IMG/VR virus record: IMGVR_UViG_3300046167_000825
Span: 1 to 64,000 of that record
Direction: 5' to 3' (one strand)
DNA length: 64,000 nt
In this document: piece after piece, positions 39,001 through 47,443 of the stretch
Layout of the letters: each line of letters opens with the position of its first letter
Numbering within the stretch: position 1 is the first letter of the stretch
The notes under the pieces: model-generated
The model's database searches: none
What the model saw: only the letters and a program-made list of their open reading frames with translations
Told to the model about the DNA's origin: nothing
Made by a program: the position numbers and the translations under genes

Positions 39001-39512
39001 TCCCAAATGTGAGTGGTGTGGCAGATGTTTATCTCCTTCAAAATCAATTGGATTTCGTAGCCCAAGAGGGTGGTGGTTCAGAAGAAGATTTCAGAGGGGT
39101 TTTCCAAGATCAAGTCCTCCTCGAAACCTTATCACAACCCAACAACTATTATATCGGTTCTGGTGTGGGGAGAGCGTACATCATCGGTGACGGGGGCTTG
39201 TCTATTCAAGGGTTCAGTGATGACTTAACTCTTTCCAATGAAGGCTTCACACCCAATGAGTACGCCACAGTTCGGAAAGAGCGAACTGGGAATAGGGTTA
39301 TGATTTCCACACCCAAGAACAAATTACCAACAGAGTGTTCTTATTCTGTGACCTATTATGTGGGTTATGACAAGGCAGTCAAAAACATCGACCCCATTGA
39401 TGCTGAGTATCTAACTCTCGGAAATATCTCTCTCACATACGAAGAAGATTCGGCACAAGTCCGAACACTCCAGACGGGTTCTTCTTTGCGTAGTGGTGGG
39501 GGGTCGTACTGA
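36021..39512 (+). CDS. Baseplate J / gp6-like wedge protein with extra Ig/FN3 domains
   Basis: NFGVTRR..SSGEITF, GGSNGNVAQG, FFGGADRETNREF, GGKVDIWV, LGDPVRQSDL..GVSYV. Confidence 0.88.
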   Translation: MRKPQVYKPDGELTDQFTYKTTIPEKFFSGLLPPNTVDVQISIRGGAFVSNPDLIVFEDRAWSAPNPEVYPNGLELIAGENHIQIRTIGTRGDTSEILDIKVTLIQDDSIYALSKPPTNLSLSRERDTVTVTCEGVVDPNVIGYNFYAATEQGGGGVGYSRINLNTIRSGETIEDFVELQDISFLEDVATQDSGDPYSDPQYISVITEQKDILGNVFQKKERGIKEIPEGTEQLRIAYKVSSVRTTSMYSFKHNRLFSENSNPPTIFSSEFTSISREDSLFYVATALFFDDINSIEYESVFSVEVIGSPLLVSLVGSNLPQVSRNQIREDFISSVYRSNPQLRVDPTSVLSDTVIEPFSSEMERMRFLLDFFNKSSSLAGLLQIDDPNNTGQSADITASNYKRAIQIAFRIDNYADTQAFIDSIIEARAMNFGVTRRTSTRSSGEITFYVTKQPTSSVQIPLGTEVSGGGGTFTTLQRGVINVSNIASYYNPALKRWEVSIPVQASIGGSNGNVAQGLVRSSNLTGVQLTNNAAFFGGADRETNREFITRAMNALASHDVGTERGFLQLAADIVGVQNLKVVASGHNLMQRDKDTSGNHRGGKVDIWVRSDNPAIVTDSFAFSYSLGKDVTFEVVGSPTDLIFKAIDSSLTEDAPILRLLSETDRFGFRNGSTGQSFDITGAKVIQYNMIQLSTEINQPDVSYGDVIFGDYYRQDGNDHLFTRQPVESIVTVEGTISGVLPTTAYELVNPSVPLETGFSLNEGSYLRIKGFTDDGSRVPSGDSLSATDETHVILSNYPEYLNNLGADPLTVTVTNLEKTITYRSPSDPSGISDFTVQEREGFPLAVFLTDNSEIRSGQEILISYSYGENFTVTYGISSSISTTQNIIDLNKPLTADVLVKKALAVPVDVEATIVLSVGASSGVVDNNIRTTLANFFATLTLGDPVRQSDLVEIMDSTRGVSYVILPITRMTRQEAAMVLRESLVVGSLSDYTPLPNVSGVADVYLLQNQLDFVAQEGGGSEEDFRGVFQDQVLLETLSQPNNYYIGSGVGRAYIIGDGGLSIQGFSDDLTLSNEGFTPNEYATVRKERTGNRVMISTPKNKLPTECSYSVTYYVGYDKAVKNIDPIDAEYLTLGNISLTYEEDSAQVRTLQTGSSLRSGGGSY

Positions 39513-40777
39513 TGTCAAAGAAACTGTTCCCTCAAAGTGTGACCCAAAACCCTTCTTCTCTCAAAGAACAAGGGCAAGAGTATCAAGTTCAAGTTCGTGA
39601 GCAAGTCGAACTCATCTTGAAGCAGTTCCTAGCAGTCCTCCCTTCTAACTATGTGTCTCAAACGACAGCACCTTTTTATACTGTCCAGTTCCAAGCAATG
39701 GCAGAGGCAGTAGCCCGACTCCAATTAGGACTCCAAGAATCCTTGAAAGATTCACTCTATGAGTTCACGAGGTCGGAGTTCCTTTGGCAGATGTTGGGGG
39801 TGATGGTCTTCCCGAAAGTCTACCACAACAAGATGCAGATACCCCTCATAGACAAGGACACTGATTACCGTGACTTCTTACGGGCAATGGTAGTTCTCCT
39901 CCTCAAAGGAACAAAGCATGCCCCTATCCAAGAGGGTACGAACCTTCTGACGGATGCTACGGTCACTCTCATAGAGAAAGCCCTCACAGCAAATCAAGAG
40001 GGTTCAGCGTGGGGTTATGACGATTTACACACCTTTGAGGTAAATGTCGAAAAGGATGGGGGGACTTCTTTTCCAGACCGACCTTTTGATTTGGAATACA
40101 ACATTTCGGTTATCCTTGATGCGTTGAAGCCAGCCTATACAATATATGAATACCGTCATGTTTTTCGTGAAACATTTGGGCATATCTTTCAAGATGAAAT
40201 GTTTGCGAACTTAGATATGTACGAGTATGATGACCTCCGTAAATACTGTGGGGGAGCGAAAAGAATACATGGGGAAGGGGAAGTTCTATCGGGCAGATTT
40301 CTGTTGTCGGATTCAGACCGTTTTTTTGATAATATCGGAACACCAGCGTATCTGATTGTTGAGGACAAACGCTATGAAGTTTCAGAAATACTTTCTTTTC
40401 CTATGGGTGATGACCCTACTCCCCGTCATTACACAACCAGTTCGGGGTTGGAGGGATATGCAACCATCGAGGGGGATACCCTCACCGACAAATGTCAAAA
40501 CTGGGTATTGGCAAAGGAAGGTGAGAAAATCACTTTCCACGAAGGGGCGAACACGGGAGTCTATCGTCTGAAAGATGTTCTAGGCTCGGATGGTGGGAGT
40601 GTTGGTTTCGTCACGGGATCAAGCACTCAAGTTCGGGTGGGGAAATCTATCGTTCGGACAACCACTCGTTTACCCGTTGGGGTATCTTTCCCCTACGAAC
40701 TGTCTGTTGATAGACTAGGTGTTCAAATAGAAAGAACCCGCACACAAGAAAATCTCACACTCCAATGTGTCCTTTGA
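39512..40777 (+). CDS. Baseplate wedge protein (gp7/GpI-like)
   Basis: LPSNY, DTDYRDFLR, ILDALKPAYT; directly follows J. Confidence 0.7.
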   Translation: MSKKLFPQSVTQNPSSLKEQGQEYQVQVREQVELILKQFLAVLPSNYVSQTTAPFYTVQFQAMAEAVARLQLGLQESLKDSLYEFTRSEFLWQMLGVMVFPKVYHNKMQIPLIDKDTDYRDFLRAMVVLLLKGTKHAPIQEGTNLLTDATVTLIEKALTANQEGSAWGYDDLHTFEVNVEKDGGTSFPDRPFDLEYNISVILDALKPAYTIYEYRHVFRETFGHIFQDEMFANLDMYEYDDLRKYCGGAKRIHGEGEVLSGRFLLSDSDRFFDNIGTPAYLIVEDKRYEVSEILSFPMGDDPTPRHYTTSSGLEGYATIEGDTLTDKCQNWVLAKEGEKITFHEGANTGVYRLKDVLGSDGGSVGFVTGSSTQVRVGKSIVRTTTRLPVGVSFPYELSVDRLGVQIERTRTQENLTLQCVL

Positions 40778-40790
40778 TAATTTATTTATA
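40777..40790 (+). promoter_or_regulatory. Putative late promoter motif ATAA-N6-TATA
   Basis: ATAAtttattTATA. Confidence 0.6.
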
Positions 40791-40818
40791 AAGTGTTTTG
40801 TAGAAACTGGAGAAGACA

Positions 40819-41763
40819 ATGAAACTGGAAGAACGTGTAGCCCAAAGACACTTGATAAAAACATCATGTGAAGAAGTGGCTAGGGGGATATCTAAAAGCC
40901 GAGTGGCTAGTTCGCAAAGAACTGTTCGAGATGAACTGGGGAATCCAGTGATCCTAGCCTCGTTTTTTGACCCCAATGTTCGGGTGTCTTCGAGAGGCAT
41001 CCTAACGAAAGCGAAAGAGTTGTGGAAGGCTTTCAAAACAGCCCCCGATAAATGGGAGGAGTTCAAAGAGAAACTCGGATTGGCTGGCGTGAGTACTCTC
41101 GCTCTCATGAAAGAGTTCCCTAAAAAGATGAAAGAGTTCTGGGGCAAAGCCAACGAACTAATCAAAAAAACCTTCGCAAAGGCTGGTGCTGCTCTTATCA
41201 AGAAGTTCCCCCAGTTGGAAATCTACTTTAAGGTCACTCAGAAACTCCCTTCTGTGACATCGTTTTTCAAGAATCTTCTAAATAAGTTCCCCAAACTGAA
41301 ACGGATGCTCGATGCTGTGGCAAGTAAAGCATCAACGCTCGCCAATACTGTCGATGGCTTTTTTCAAAAGAACTCTTTGTTGAAGCCCGCGAATTGGTTC
41401 GCTCGTGGTGCGTTCTTCACTTATATTTGGATGAATGTCGCTGAAATATCGTGGAATGTTCCCGAAATAATGAGAGGGATGCTCGGAGGTATGTCTTGGG
41501 CTGAGATTTTATCTTCTCTCCCAGAGAGTGGTTTGGGATTGGTGGTTTCTTTGTTGTTCGGTGCTTTCATACCATTCCCTTTCGGAGGAGCATTTGCCTC
41601 TAAAATCGGACTAAATGCTTTATTGCCTATGGCACTTGCCTTTCAGATATGGTTTCTCGTGTCGAAAGGGTATGCTTACATCAAAAGGGGTGTGTTGTAC
41701 TTCACAGATAAAGTGAAGACCTTTGGGATTGATATCATCACTGATATTGCCCTCCCCCTTTGA
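40819..41763 (+). CDS. Late membrane-active protein with RVAQRH...KTS tag
   Basis: Lys-rich amphipathic helices followed by 2-3 hydrophobic segments. Confidence 0.7.
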   Translation: MKLEERVAQRHLIKTSCEEVARGISKSRVASSQRTVRDELGNPVILASFFDPNVRVSSRGILTKAKELWKAFKTAPDKWEEFKEKLGLAGVSTLALMKEFPKKMKEFWGKANELIKKTFAKAGAALIKKFPQLEIYFKVTQKLPSVTSFFKNLLNKFPKLKRMLDAVASKASTLANTVDGFFQKNSLLKPANWFARGAFFTYIWMNVAEISWNVPEIMRGMLGGMSWAEILSSLPESGLGLVVSLLFGAFIPFPFGGAFASKIGLNALLPMALAFQIWFLVSKGYAYIKRGVLYFTDKVKTFGIDIITDIALPL

Positions 41764-41767
41764 ACCA

Positions 41768-41781
41768 ATAACTAGACTATA
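41768..41781 (+). promoter_or_regulatory. Putative late promoter motif ATAA-N6-TATA
   Basis: ATAActagacTATA. Confidence 0.6.
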
Positions 41782-41812
41782 TTTCTATTGAAAATGAATG
41801 TGAGGTGATTCT

Positions 41813-43093
41813 ATGGCTGAAATGATTTATAACTTGTACTCAGACAAGACAAAAGAGATGTTTGACAAGACCACTCTGAAAGACAGTGTCTTCTCTAAAA
41901 TCACGGCACTCAATGGGTACTGCGATGCTTTTATTGAAGGGTTTGACGAGAGTTCTTCAAGCACTTGGATGGGTTTGATGAAGCCACCTACTGAGATAGA
42001 AAAGACTTACCTCATTGAGAATCCCCAAGCATCGAAATGGATGAAGGCATATGCGAAAGACCAAGCAAGGATTAAAGCCGAATACGAGAGTCTTGTCGGT
42101 GGTCTCAAAGATGAGAACGCAAAACTGAAAGAAGCCTACGAGAAGAACCAAGCGGCATCTAAGCCCAAGCGTGGTGTCAAAGCCCCTTTATCGCCTCTCG
42201 CTCTTCGACAGAAGATACAACAAGAGATCAATAAGAACAAGAAACTCCGAAACTGGGTTTCCAACCCCATCGAAGAAAGAGAAATCCCAGCGAACTATTC
42301 TCGTTATATGGAAGGTCAAAGTATTCGATTGAGTGAAACACAAGCCGCTCAAGACTTGACCAATCTAGGAACATCTCTTGACGATTTACATTCTGGAATT
42401 ATCTCTTTGAAGGGTTCATTCGATCCACAAGCGAACTTCGATTTTCTGTTTGCTGGCTTATTGGGTTCGGATACTTTAGCCCTCATTGACACAATCAAAG
42501 CAGCCATCACGGTGTGTGATTCGGGCTGGGCTGATGTTTTAAGCACTCTCGTGTCGGGCAATGGTCTTTCTCAGAAAGAAGCAAGAAGATTGGTGTCTGG
42601 TTGGATAAGAACCCTCAGAGTTCTTAGAAATAAGTGTCAGACATTGCTTCAAAAAATCAATGGGGCTGTGGGATTCCTTGTGAAAAGTAAGGGTGCTATT
42701 CGAGGACACCTTTTATCGAATAGCCGTCAAGGAACTAGGGATTTAACACACCGAGAGTTCTTTGTGTGGGCTGGTCTTCATTTCAAGGACTCTGGATTAC
42801 ATCTTCTCGCAAATGCTTATGCTGCCAACGGTTACGAACAAACTGTATGGGCTGATGATTACAATTACAAAACCACTGAGAACGCCCCTTTCATCACGAG
42901 AGCAGACAAATTAGATTTGGATAGATGGTTTGCTCACATTGGTTGGAACTATTCCCATGTGTCGGATATCGACCTTGAGGACTTACATTTGTCTAGTGTG
43001 GATACTCCCGCTAAGAACAAACTCTTTGGCATTGCTTTGGATTATATCCAAAGACCTCAAAGTAAAGCACACACGCTAGAAGGCGAAGAATAG
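41813..43093 (+). CDS. Hypothetical helical protein
   Basis: GAGGTG RBS; 426-aa ORF. Confidence 0.7.
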   Translation: MAEMIYNLYSDKTKEMFDKTTLKDSVFSKITALNGYCDAFIEGFDESSSSTWMGLMKPPTEIEKTYLIENPQASKWMKAYAKDQARIKAEYESLVGGLKDENAKLKEAYEKNQAASKPKRGVKAPLSPLALRQKIQQEINKNKKLRNWVSNPIEEREIPANYSRYMEGQSIRLSETQAAQDLTNLGTSLDDLHSGIISLKGSFDPQANFDFLFAGLLGSDTLALIDTIKAAITVCDSGWADVLSTLVSGNGLSQKEARRLVSGWIRTLRVLRNKCQTLLQKINGAVGFLVKSKGAIRGHLLSNSRQGTRDLTHREFFVWAGLHFKDSGLHLLANAYAANGYEQTVWADDYNYKTTENAPFITRADKLDLDRWFAHIGWNYSHVSDIDLEDLHLSSVDTPAKNKLFGIALDYIQRPQSKAHTLEGEE

Positions 43094-43122
43094 TGGTAAC
43101 CGAAATAATTAAGGAGAAGATA

Positions 43123-43584
43123 ATGGAGCCCCTAACAATCGGAATAATTTGCTTTCTAGGTGGTGGTTTGATCACTGGTGGCACTATTTTTGGTGTTCAG
43201 AAAGCCAATGAGAATAAAATCCAAGAAACCACAGAACTAGTGGCTGCCATTGGTTCTTTGAAAGACCAACTAGGAGAAGGTCAGAAGCAAGTGATGATTA
43301 ACTTGACTGACCAAGACCTTCTCAAAGAGGCTTGTTCCGTGGCTTATCTGAAAGAACAAGGAGACTCTCTTTGTAGAGAAATGTTCTGCCGTATGCAGAG
43401 CAGAGGTCTTGATAAAGGTGCAACCACAACCGAATGTGAGAATATTTCCCACATCACAAACTCGAAAGCACGCCTAGAGACTTGTATGCCCTACTGGGGC
43501 GAAGACACCATCCTCGATGATGGTGGTTTCAATAAGAACTCAAAGTATGCAATATGTATGACTATTTTTAAGGAGAGAGAATAA
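43123..43584 (+). CDS. Membrane-anchored protein with Cys-rich C-terminal domain
   Basis: AAGGAG RBS; TM LTIGIICFLGGGLITGGTIFGV, coiled coil, six further Cys. Confidence 0.65.
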   Translation: MEPLTIGIICFLGGGLITGGTIFGVQKANENKIQETTELVAAIGSLKDQLGEGQKQVMINLTDQDLLKEACSVAYLKEQGDSLCREMFCRMQSRGLDKGATTTECENISHITNSKARLETCMPYWGEDTILDDGGFNKNSKYAICMTIFKERE

Positions 43585-44249
43585 TGTCTTCCCCAAGATC
43601 ACAAGAAGAACGAGATATGGTAGAGCGTATCATTCTTTATGCAATGAATGACCGAGCCGTTTTGAAAGATGTAGGGCGGGCTGTCAACAATGCCTATCAA
43701 GAGTATATGAAAGAACTTATCAGTGAAGCGAAAAATGATTTCAAAGCCTTTGAAAAATACATTGTGGCTGAAATCAATAAGCGTAGAGCACCAGTCCCAG
43801 AGCGAAGTGTCCGTGACTACATGCCTCACGATGGTTTCCCTTTGGGTGACCCACGCTACCGAGAAGATGGTCGTTATGCTTCTTCTGTTAGTTCGATAGC
43901 CGATAGACACACAAATACAGTGACTGTAAAAAAACCCCGTGTCGCTTCAAAAAACGCTTTGGTTATTACCAACCAAAGATACAATAATAGAGTTTTTGAA
44001 CTAACACAACTAGGGAAGTCTTTGCCCGATTTTTTGAAAGCACCTTTGATGAAAGAAATAGAGAACACGGCTTGGTGGTACATCAATACTTACAGAGGTC
44101 AGATTAAGGGTAACTTTAAGTATGACAAGGGAGTCATTTTTTATCCAGACGATTTCAATGATCAATTGGAAGCCAAGAATCTTTGGAAACTAAACGACAA
44201 AGCCTTCGATATTTTAACTTCTGAGTCTTGGTTGCACTTTGACGACTAA
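43584..44249 (+). CDS. Hypothetical two-domain late protein with internal RYA..SIADRH..RVAS tag
   Basis: TAATG coupling; motif shared with other late ORFs. Confidence 0.7.
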   Translation: MSSPRSQEERDMVERIILYAMNDRAVLKDVGRAVNNAYQEYMKELISEAKNDFKAFEKYIVAEINKRRAPVPERSVRDYMPHDGFPLGDPRYREDGRYASSVSSIADRHTNTVTVKKPRVASKNALVITNQRYNNRVFELTQLGKSLPDFLKAPLMKEIENTAWWYINTYRGQIKGNFKYDKGVIFYPDDFNDQLEAKNLWKLNDKAFDILTSESWLHFDD

Positions 44250-44262
44250 AAGGTAGAATCCT

Positions 44263-45960
44263 ATGAAAAATCTTGATAAAAAAACATTGATTCGTATGGC
44301 GTATGAAAAACCCGAAATGCGTTCAAAAATCTTGCCTCTCATCAAGAAGATGGCTCAGTTTCGCTTCATTCAAGATGGCGAACTAGACGGTTTGTCTAAC
44401 GCAGACATCGTTGAAATGGCAGAAGCGAAGTTCGGGAAAGCCTTCGACAAAGTTGATGTTGCTAGTATTCGGAAAGTGAATGGGAAAGTTCGTATAACGG
44501 CTTCCGTTCAAGTTGATATCGGTGCTGGTTCAAATGAAGTAGCAGAAATCGCTCGTGAATACGGGATAGGGATACTTGCTCCAACGGGTGCTACTCCAGA
44601 GATCCAACCGACAGAACAGTCTGTCGACATGGAAACCGTCCGTGACACCCCGTTCCCAACTCGTGAAACAGTCCGTAATGTCGTTGTGGTTTCTCCGAAT
44701 AGTTCAAACGACAGTGCTTCCAGCCGAGAAGACGAAGTTTCAAGAGCCAGAGGTCAAGTTTCTCGTGCCAATATCAGCATTTCTCCGAGAACCCGTACCC
44801 AGTTCCGAAATAAAGCGAGGAGTTTAGGGAACATCGTAGATTCTGTGCATCGTGGCACAAGTCATCCGTCACCAACTCACAGTGGTATGATTGATGGTGT
44901 TAAGATTTCCATTACAGTCGTAGGGAATACCCCCGAAGAAAGAGCCGCAGATGCTTACAAGAAGTTCCTTGAACTGAAAGGAAACTTCCCTAACGCTTCG
45001 TTGGTAACAGACTTCTACATTCAAGGGGATACCTTGTTCATCATTATTGCAGATGCACAAGTTCCAGAGGACACCTCTGCTATCGCTGAAGCCCGTAGTT
45101 CTTTCAATGCCTTCCAAAACATGAGTGGTGGCAGTTCTTCCTATGAAGAAGAATACTCTGAGGAAGAATACTCCGAAGAAGATGAAGTCAGTGGGCAACG
45201 TGAACGAGAGAGCATTCGAGAAGAAGAGATACGCCTAGAAAACGAGCGAAACGAACGGCTTGACAGAGAACGCCAAGAGCGACAACGTGAAATGGCGAGA
45301 GAACGAGCAGAGAGAGACCAACGAGCAGTTGAAGTCGCTCAAATGATGGCAGAACGCCAAGAAGCCCAGCAAGCACAATCTCCAGCACCAGCGAAGGGTG
45401 ATTATGTGATGAAAGACGGGTCAGCCATTCCGAACTCTGTTTTCGTGGCTGGTTATCTGAAAGGTATTGAGTATGCAAGACGAAATCGGGCAGTTCAAGA
45501 AAGATACGGTTTTGATCGTAATGGCAACCCCATCCCAGCAAATCAAATATATAAGTGGAATCATGACACTGCTAGTGGTTGGTTAAGACGATTGGCACGA
45601 GAACCCGAACTAGAACTCTCAAAAGCACAAGCCAGCACAATGAACTCGACACTGGGTTATAAAAAACCTAAGTCTCAGCGTAGTGGTATTGCTTCTCCTC
45701 ATATCCTCAAGGGTGTTTATGAGGCTGTCCGTGAATACTCAGATGTTGACTCTCGTTCTATCCCAAGCAAGACTTGGTTCATAAAGAACTTTGGTTTCGC
45801 TGATGGGTATCAAGGTCAGAACTCCACAGAAGCATACGCTCATTCTAATATGCGACAAAGCAGACAAGCCAATGACGAAACTCGTGCGAAGTTGATTCGA
45901 TTGGCATACGAGAAACCAGAACTCCGTTCCAAGATTCTTCCTTTGTTGAAAGAAGACTGA
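44263..45960 (+). CDS. Late protein bracketed by two copies of LIRxAYEKPExRSKILPLxK; acidic and ER-rich middle
   Basis: Terminal 20-aa repeats visible in the translation. Confidence 0.75.
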   Translation: MKNLDKKTLIRMAYEKPEMRSKILPLIKKMAQFRFIQDGELDGLSNADIVEMAEAKFGKAFDKVDVASIRKVNGKVRITASVQVDIGAGSNEVAEIAREYGIGILAPTGATPEIQPTEQSVDMETVRDTPFPTRETVRNVVVVSPNSSNDSASSREDEVSRARGQVSRANISISPRTRTQFRNKARSLGNIVDSVHRGTSHPSPTHSGMIDGVKISITVVGNTPEERAADAYKKFLELKGNFPNASLVTDFYIQGDTLFIIIADAQVPEDTSAIAEARSSFNAFQNMSGGSSSYEEEYSEEEYSEEDEVSGQRERESIREEEIRLENERNERLDRERQERQREMARERAERDQRAVEVAQMMAERQEAQQAQSPAPAKGDYVMKDGSAIPNSVFVAGYLKGIEYARRNRAVQERYGFDRNGNPIPANQIYKWNHDTASGWLRRLAREPELELSKAQASTMNSTLGYKKPKSQRSGIASPHILKGVYEAVREYSDVDSRSIPSKTWFIKNFGFADGYQGQNSTEAYAHSNMRQSRQANDETRAKLIRLAYEKPELRSKILPLLKED

Positions 45961-45961
45961 A

Positions 45962-46375
45962 ATGAAGAACTGGAAGCCCATATTCATTGAGAACTCACGG
46001 ATACCCGTTTGGTTGAGTAAATTGTCCCCTATCAATATAGGGGCAATCACTCTAGGTATCCTCGTGATATCCCGTGATGAGATGAGTGAGCAGACGAAGA
46101 ACCACGAAACGATACACTACCAACAGTATCTCGACTTGTTCTTCATTGGTTTCATTCCTCTCTATCTGTGGGATTGGGCTTTGGGTCTTTGGCATCACCG
46201 AAAGGGCAACATTGCTTACTACTCAATACGAGCAGAGCAAGAAGCCTATGTCAATGACACGAACATGAACTATCTCCAAGAACGGAAGAGATGGTCTTGG
46301 ATAAAGAACTACAAAGTGAAAACACCCCCCTATCTTGACACTTTGAAAGAAAACTTGGAGAAGAATAATGTCTAA
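45962..46375 (+). CDS. HExxH zinc-metallopeptidase-like membrane protein
   Basis: NHETIHYQQ, TM segment, AYYSIRAEQEAY. Confidence 0.7.
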   Translation: MKNWKPIFIENSRIPVWLSKLSPINIGAITLGILVISRDEMSEQTKNHETIHYQQYLDLFFIGFIPLYLWDWALGLWHHRKGNIAYYSIRAEQEAYVNDTNMNYLQERKRWSWIKNYKVKTPPYLDTLKENLEKNNV

Positions 46376-47024
46376 ATCTATACGAAATATTGCCGACCGA
46401 TATATGATGGCAGCCACGAAAGGCTACTTTATCCATCGATCACCGAATCCAAGAAAACAACCCTCGATTATCTACATATCAGACGGACGTAATGTCATCT
46501 ATTTGGAAACTGGTGGGAGATACAAAGGCAAGTTCGTACCCATTGAGAGTGCCAAGATGCCACCTTTGTCTGAAATGGATTCTTTGCCTATAGGAAAGAC
46601 ACACATGGGTATCATTATTGACGGCAATATCGTGTCTGAGATAGCCTCTGTGCTTGGTGACCCTTCTTATGAGGTGGTAGCCCCCTCATTGGGTTTGGTG
46701 CGAGATATAACCTACTCAGCCCCATTCAACCCAAAGCAAGAGTGGGATATGCTCATAGGTCAGCCCATAGCCTACGGTGAGCCTACTGGTATCCCAGAGA
46801 TAGATAAGAAGCATGGTTTGACCAACTATTCTGAGCATTACAGAGGTGATACTGTTGATGTGATAAGCGATATCCAAGCTGCTTGTGACAGAGCGAACTT
46901 GAAGTGTAAAGCATACGACAAGAAAATGTTTGGTTCATACATCCCTCACATTGAAATTATGGGCGATCCCTCTGCCATTTCAAAGGTGATGAGAAAGTTC
47001 AAGAGTGTGTCTGAGAAAGTATAA
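46368..47024 (+). CDS. Hypothetical late protein with N-terminal RNIADRYMMAA tag
   Basis: GGAG RBS; overlaps the upstream gene. Confidence 0.7.
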   Translation: MSKSIRNIADRYMMAATKGYFIHRSPNPRKQPSIIYISDGRNVIYLETGGRYKGKFVPIESAKMPPLSEMDSLPIGKTHMGIIIDGNIVSEIASVLGDPSYEVVAPSLGLVRDITYSAPFNPKQEWDMLIGQPIAYGEPTGIPEIDKKHGLTNYSEHYRGDTVDVISDIQAACDRANLKCKAYDKKMFGSYIPHIEIMGDPSAISKVMRKFKSVSEKV

Positions 47025-47030
47025 TCTCTA

Positions 47031-47114
47031 AACAAAAAGAAACCCCAAGTCCTCCAAAGTTCTGAACCTTGACTGATTTGCAAGGTACGGAGAGGACTAG
47101 GGGCATTTTCTTTT
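47031..47114. terminator. Bidirectional terminator-like hairpin within a larger structured region
   Basis: CCCCAAGTCCTC/GAGGACTAGGGG flanked by A-rich and T-rich tracts between convergent blocks. Confidence 0.6.
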
Positions 47115-47186
47115 GGGTGGGGTACGATCTCGCAAACGGGGAGTCGTCAAAGGTTCAGAACTTTCCCTACCTCAAAGACTCCTTTG

Positions 47187-47369
47187 TTATCCTTTATTGG
47201 ATACGAAAGCGTTGAGTTTCTTGGCTTCACGGATAATGTCTTCGGTTGTATAACCTTTCCAGACTTTATCACCAGAAGCGGCAAACTCCATGTGAGCGTT
47301 GGTTTTAAGAATCTCCTCAGCCAAGTGGAGGAGAGATTGTCGGATTTCATAGGCTTTATTATCTGCCAT
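47187..47369 (-). CDS. Small phage protein (YEIRQSLLHLA...TTEDIIREAKKLNAFVS)
   Basis: GAGG RBS after a CA-rich leader; pattern resembles a small protein family I recall from large phages. Confidence 0.72.
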   Translation of the reverse strand: MADNKAYEIRQSLLHLAEEILKTNAHMEFAASGDKVWKGYTTEDIIREAKKLNAFVSNKG

Positions 47370-47443
47370 GATATACCTCGTGTGTGTTGTGTGTGTGTAT
47401 GAACTCATCTGAAAGACAAGTTCATTACACTATACCCCCCCAA

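Noticed and set aside
13362-40777. Bacterial eCIS, tailocin or T6SS locus
   Set aside because: Gene sizes, interspersed phage accessory genes, a homing-type endonuclease and absence of host housekeeping genes fit a large phage better
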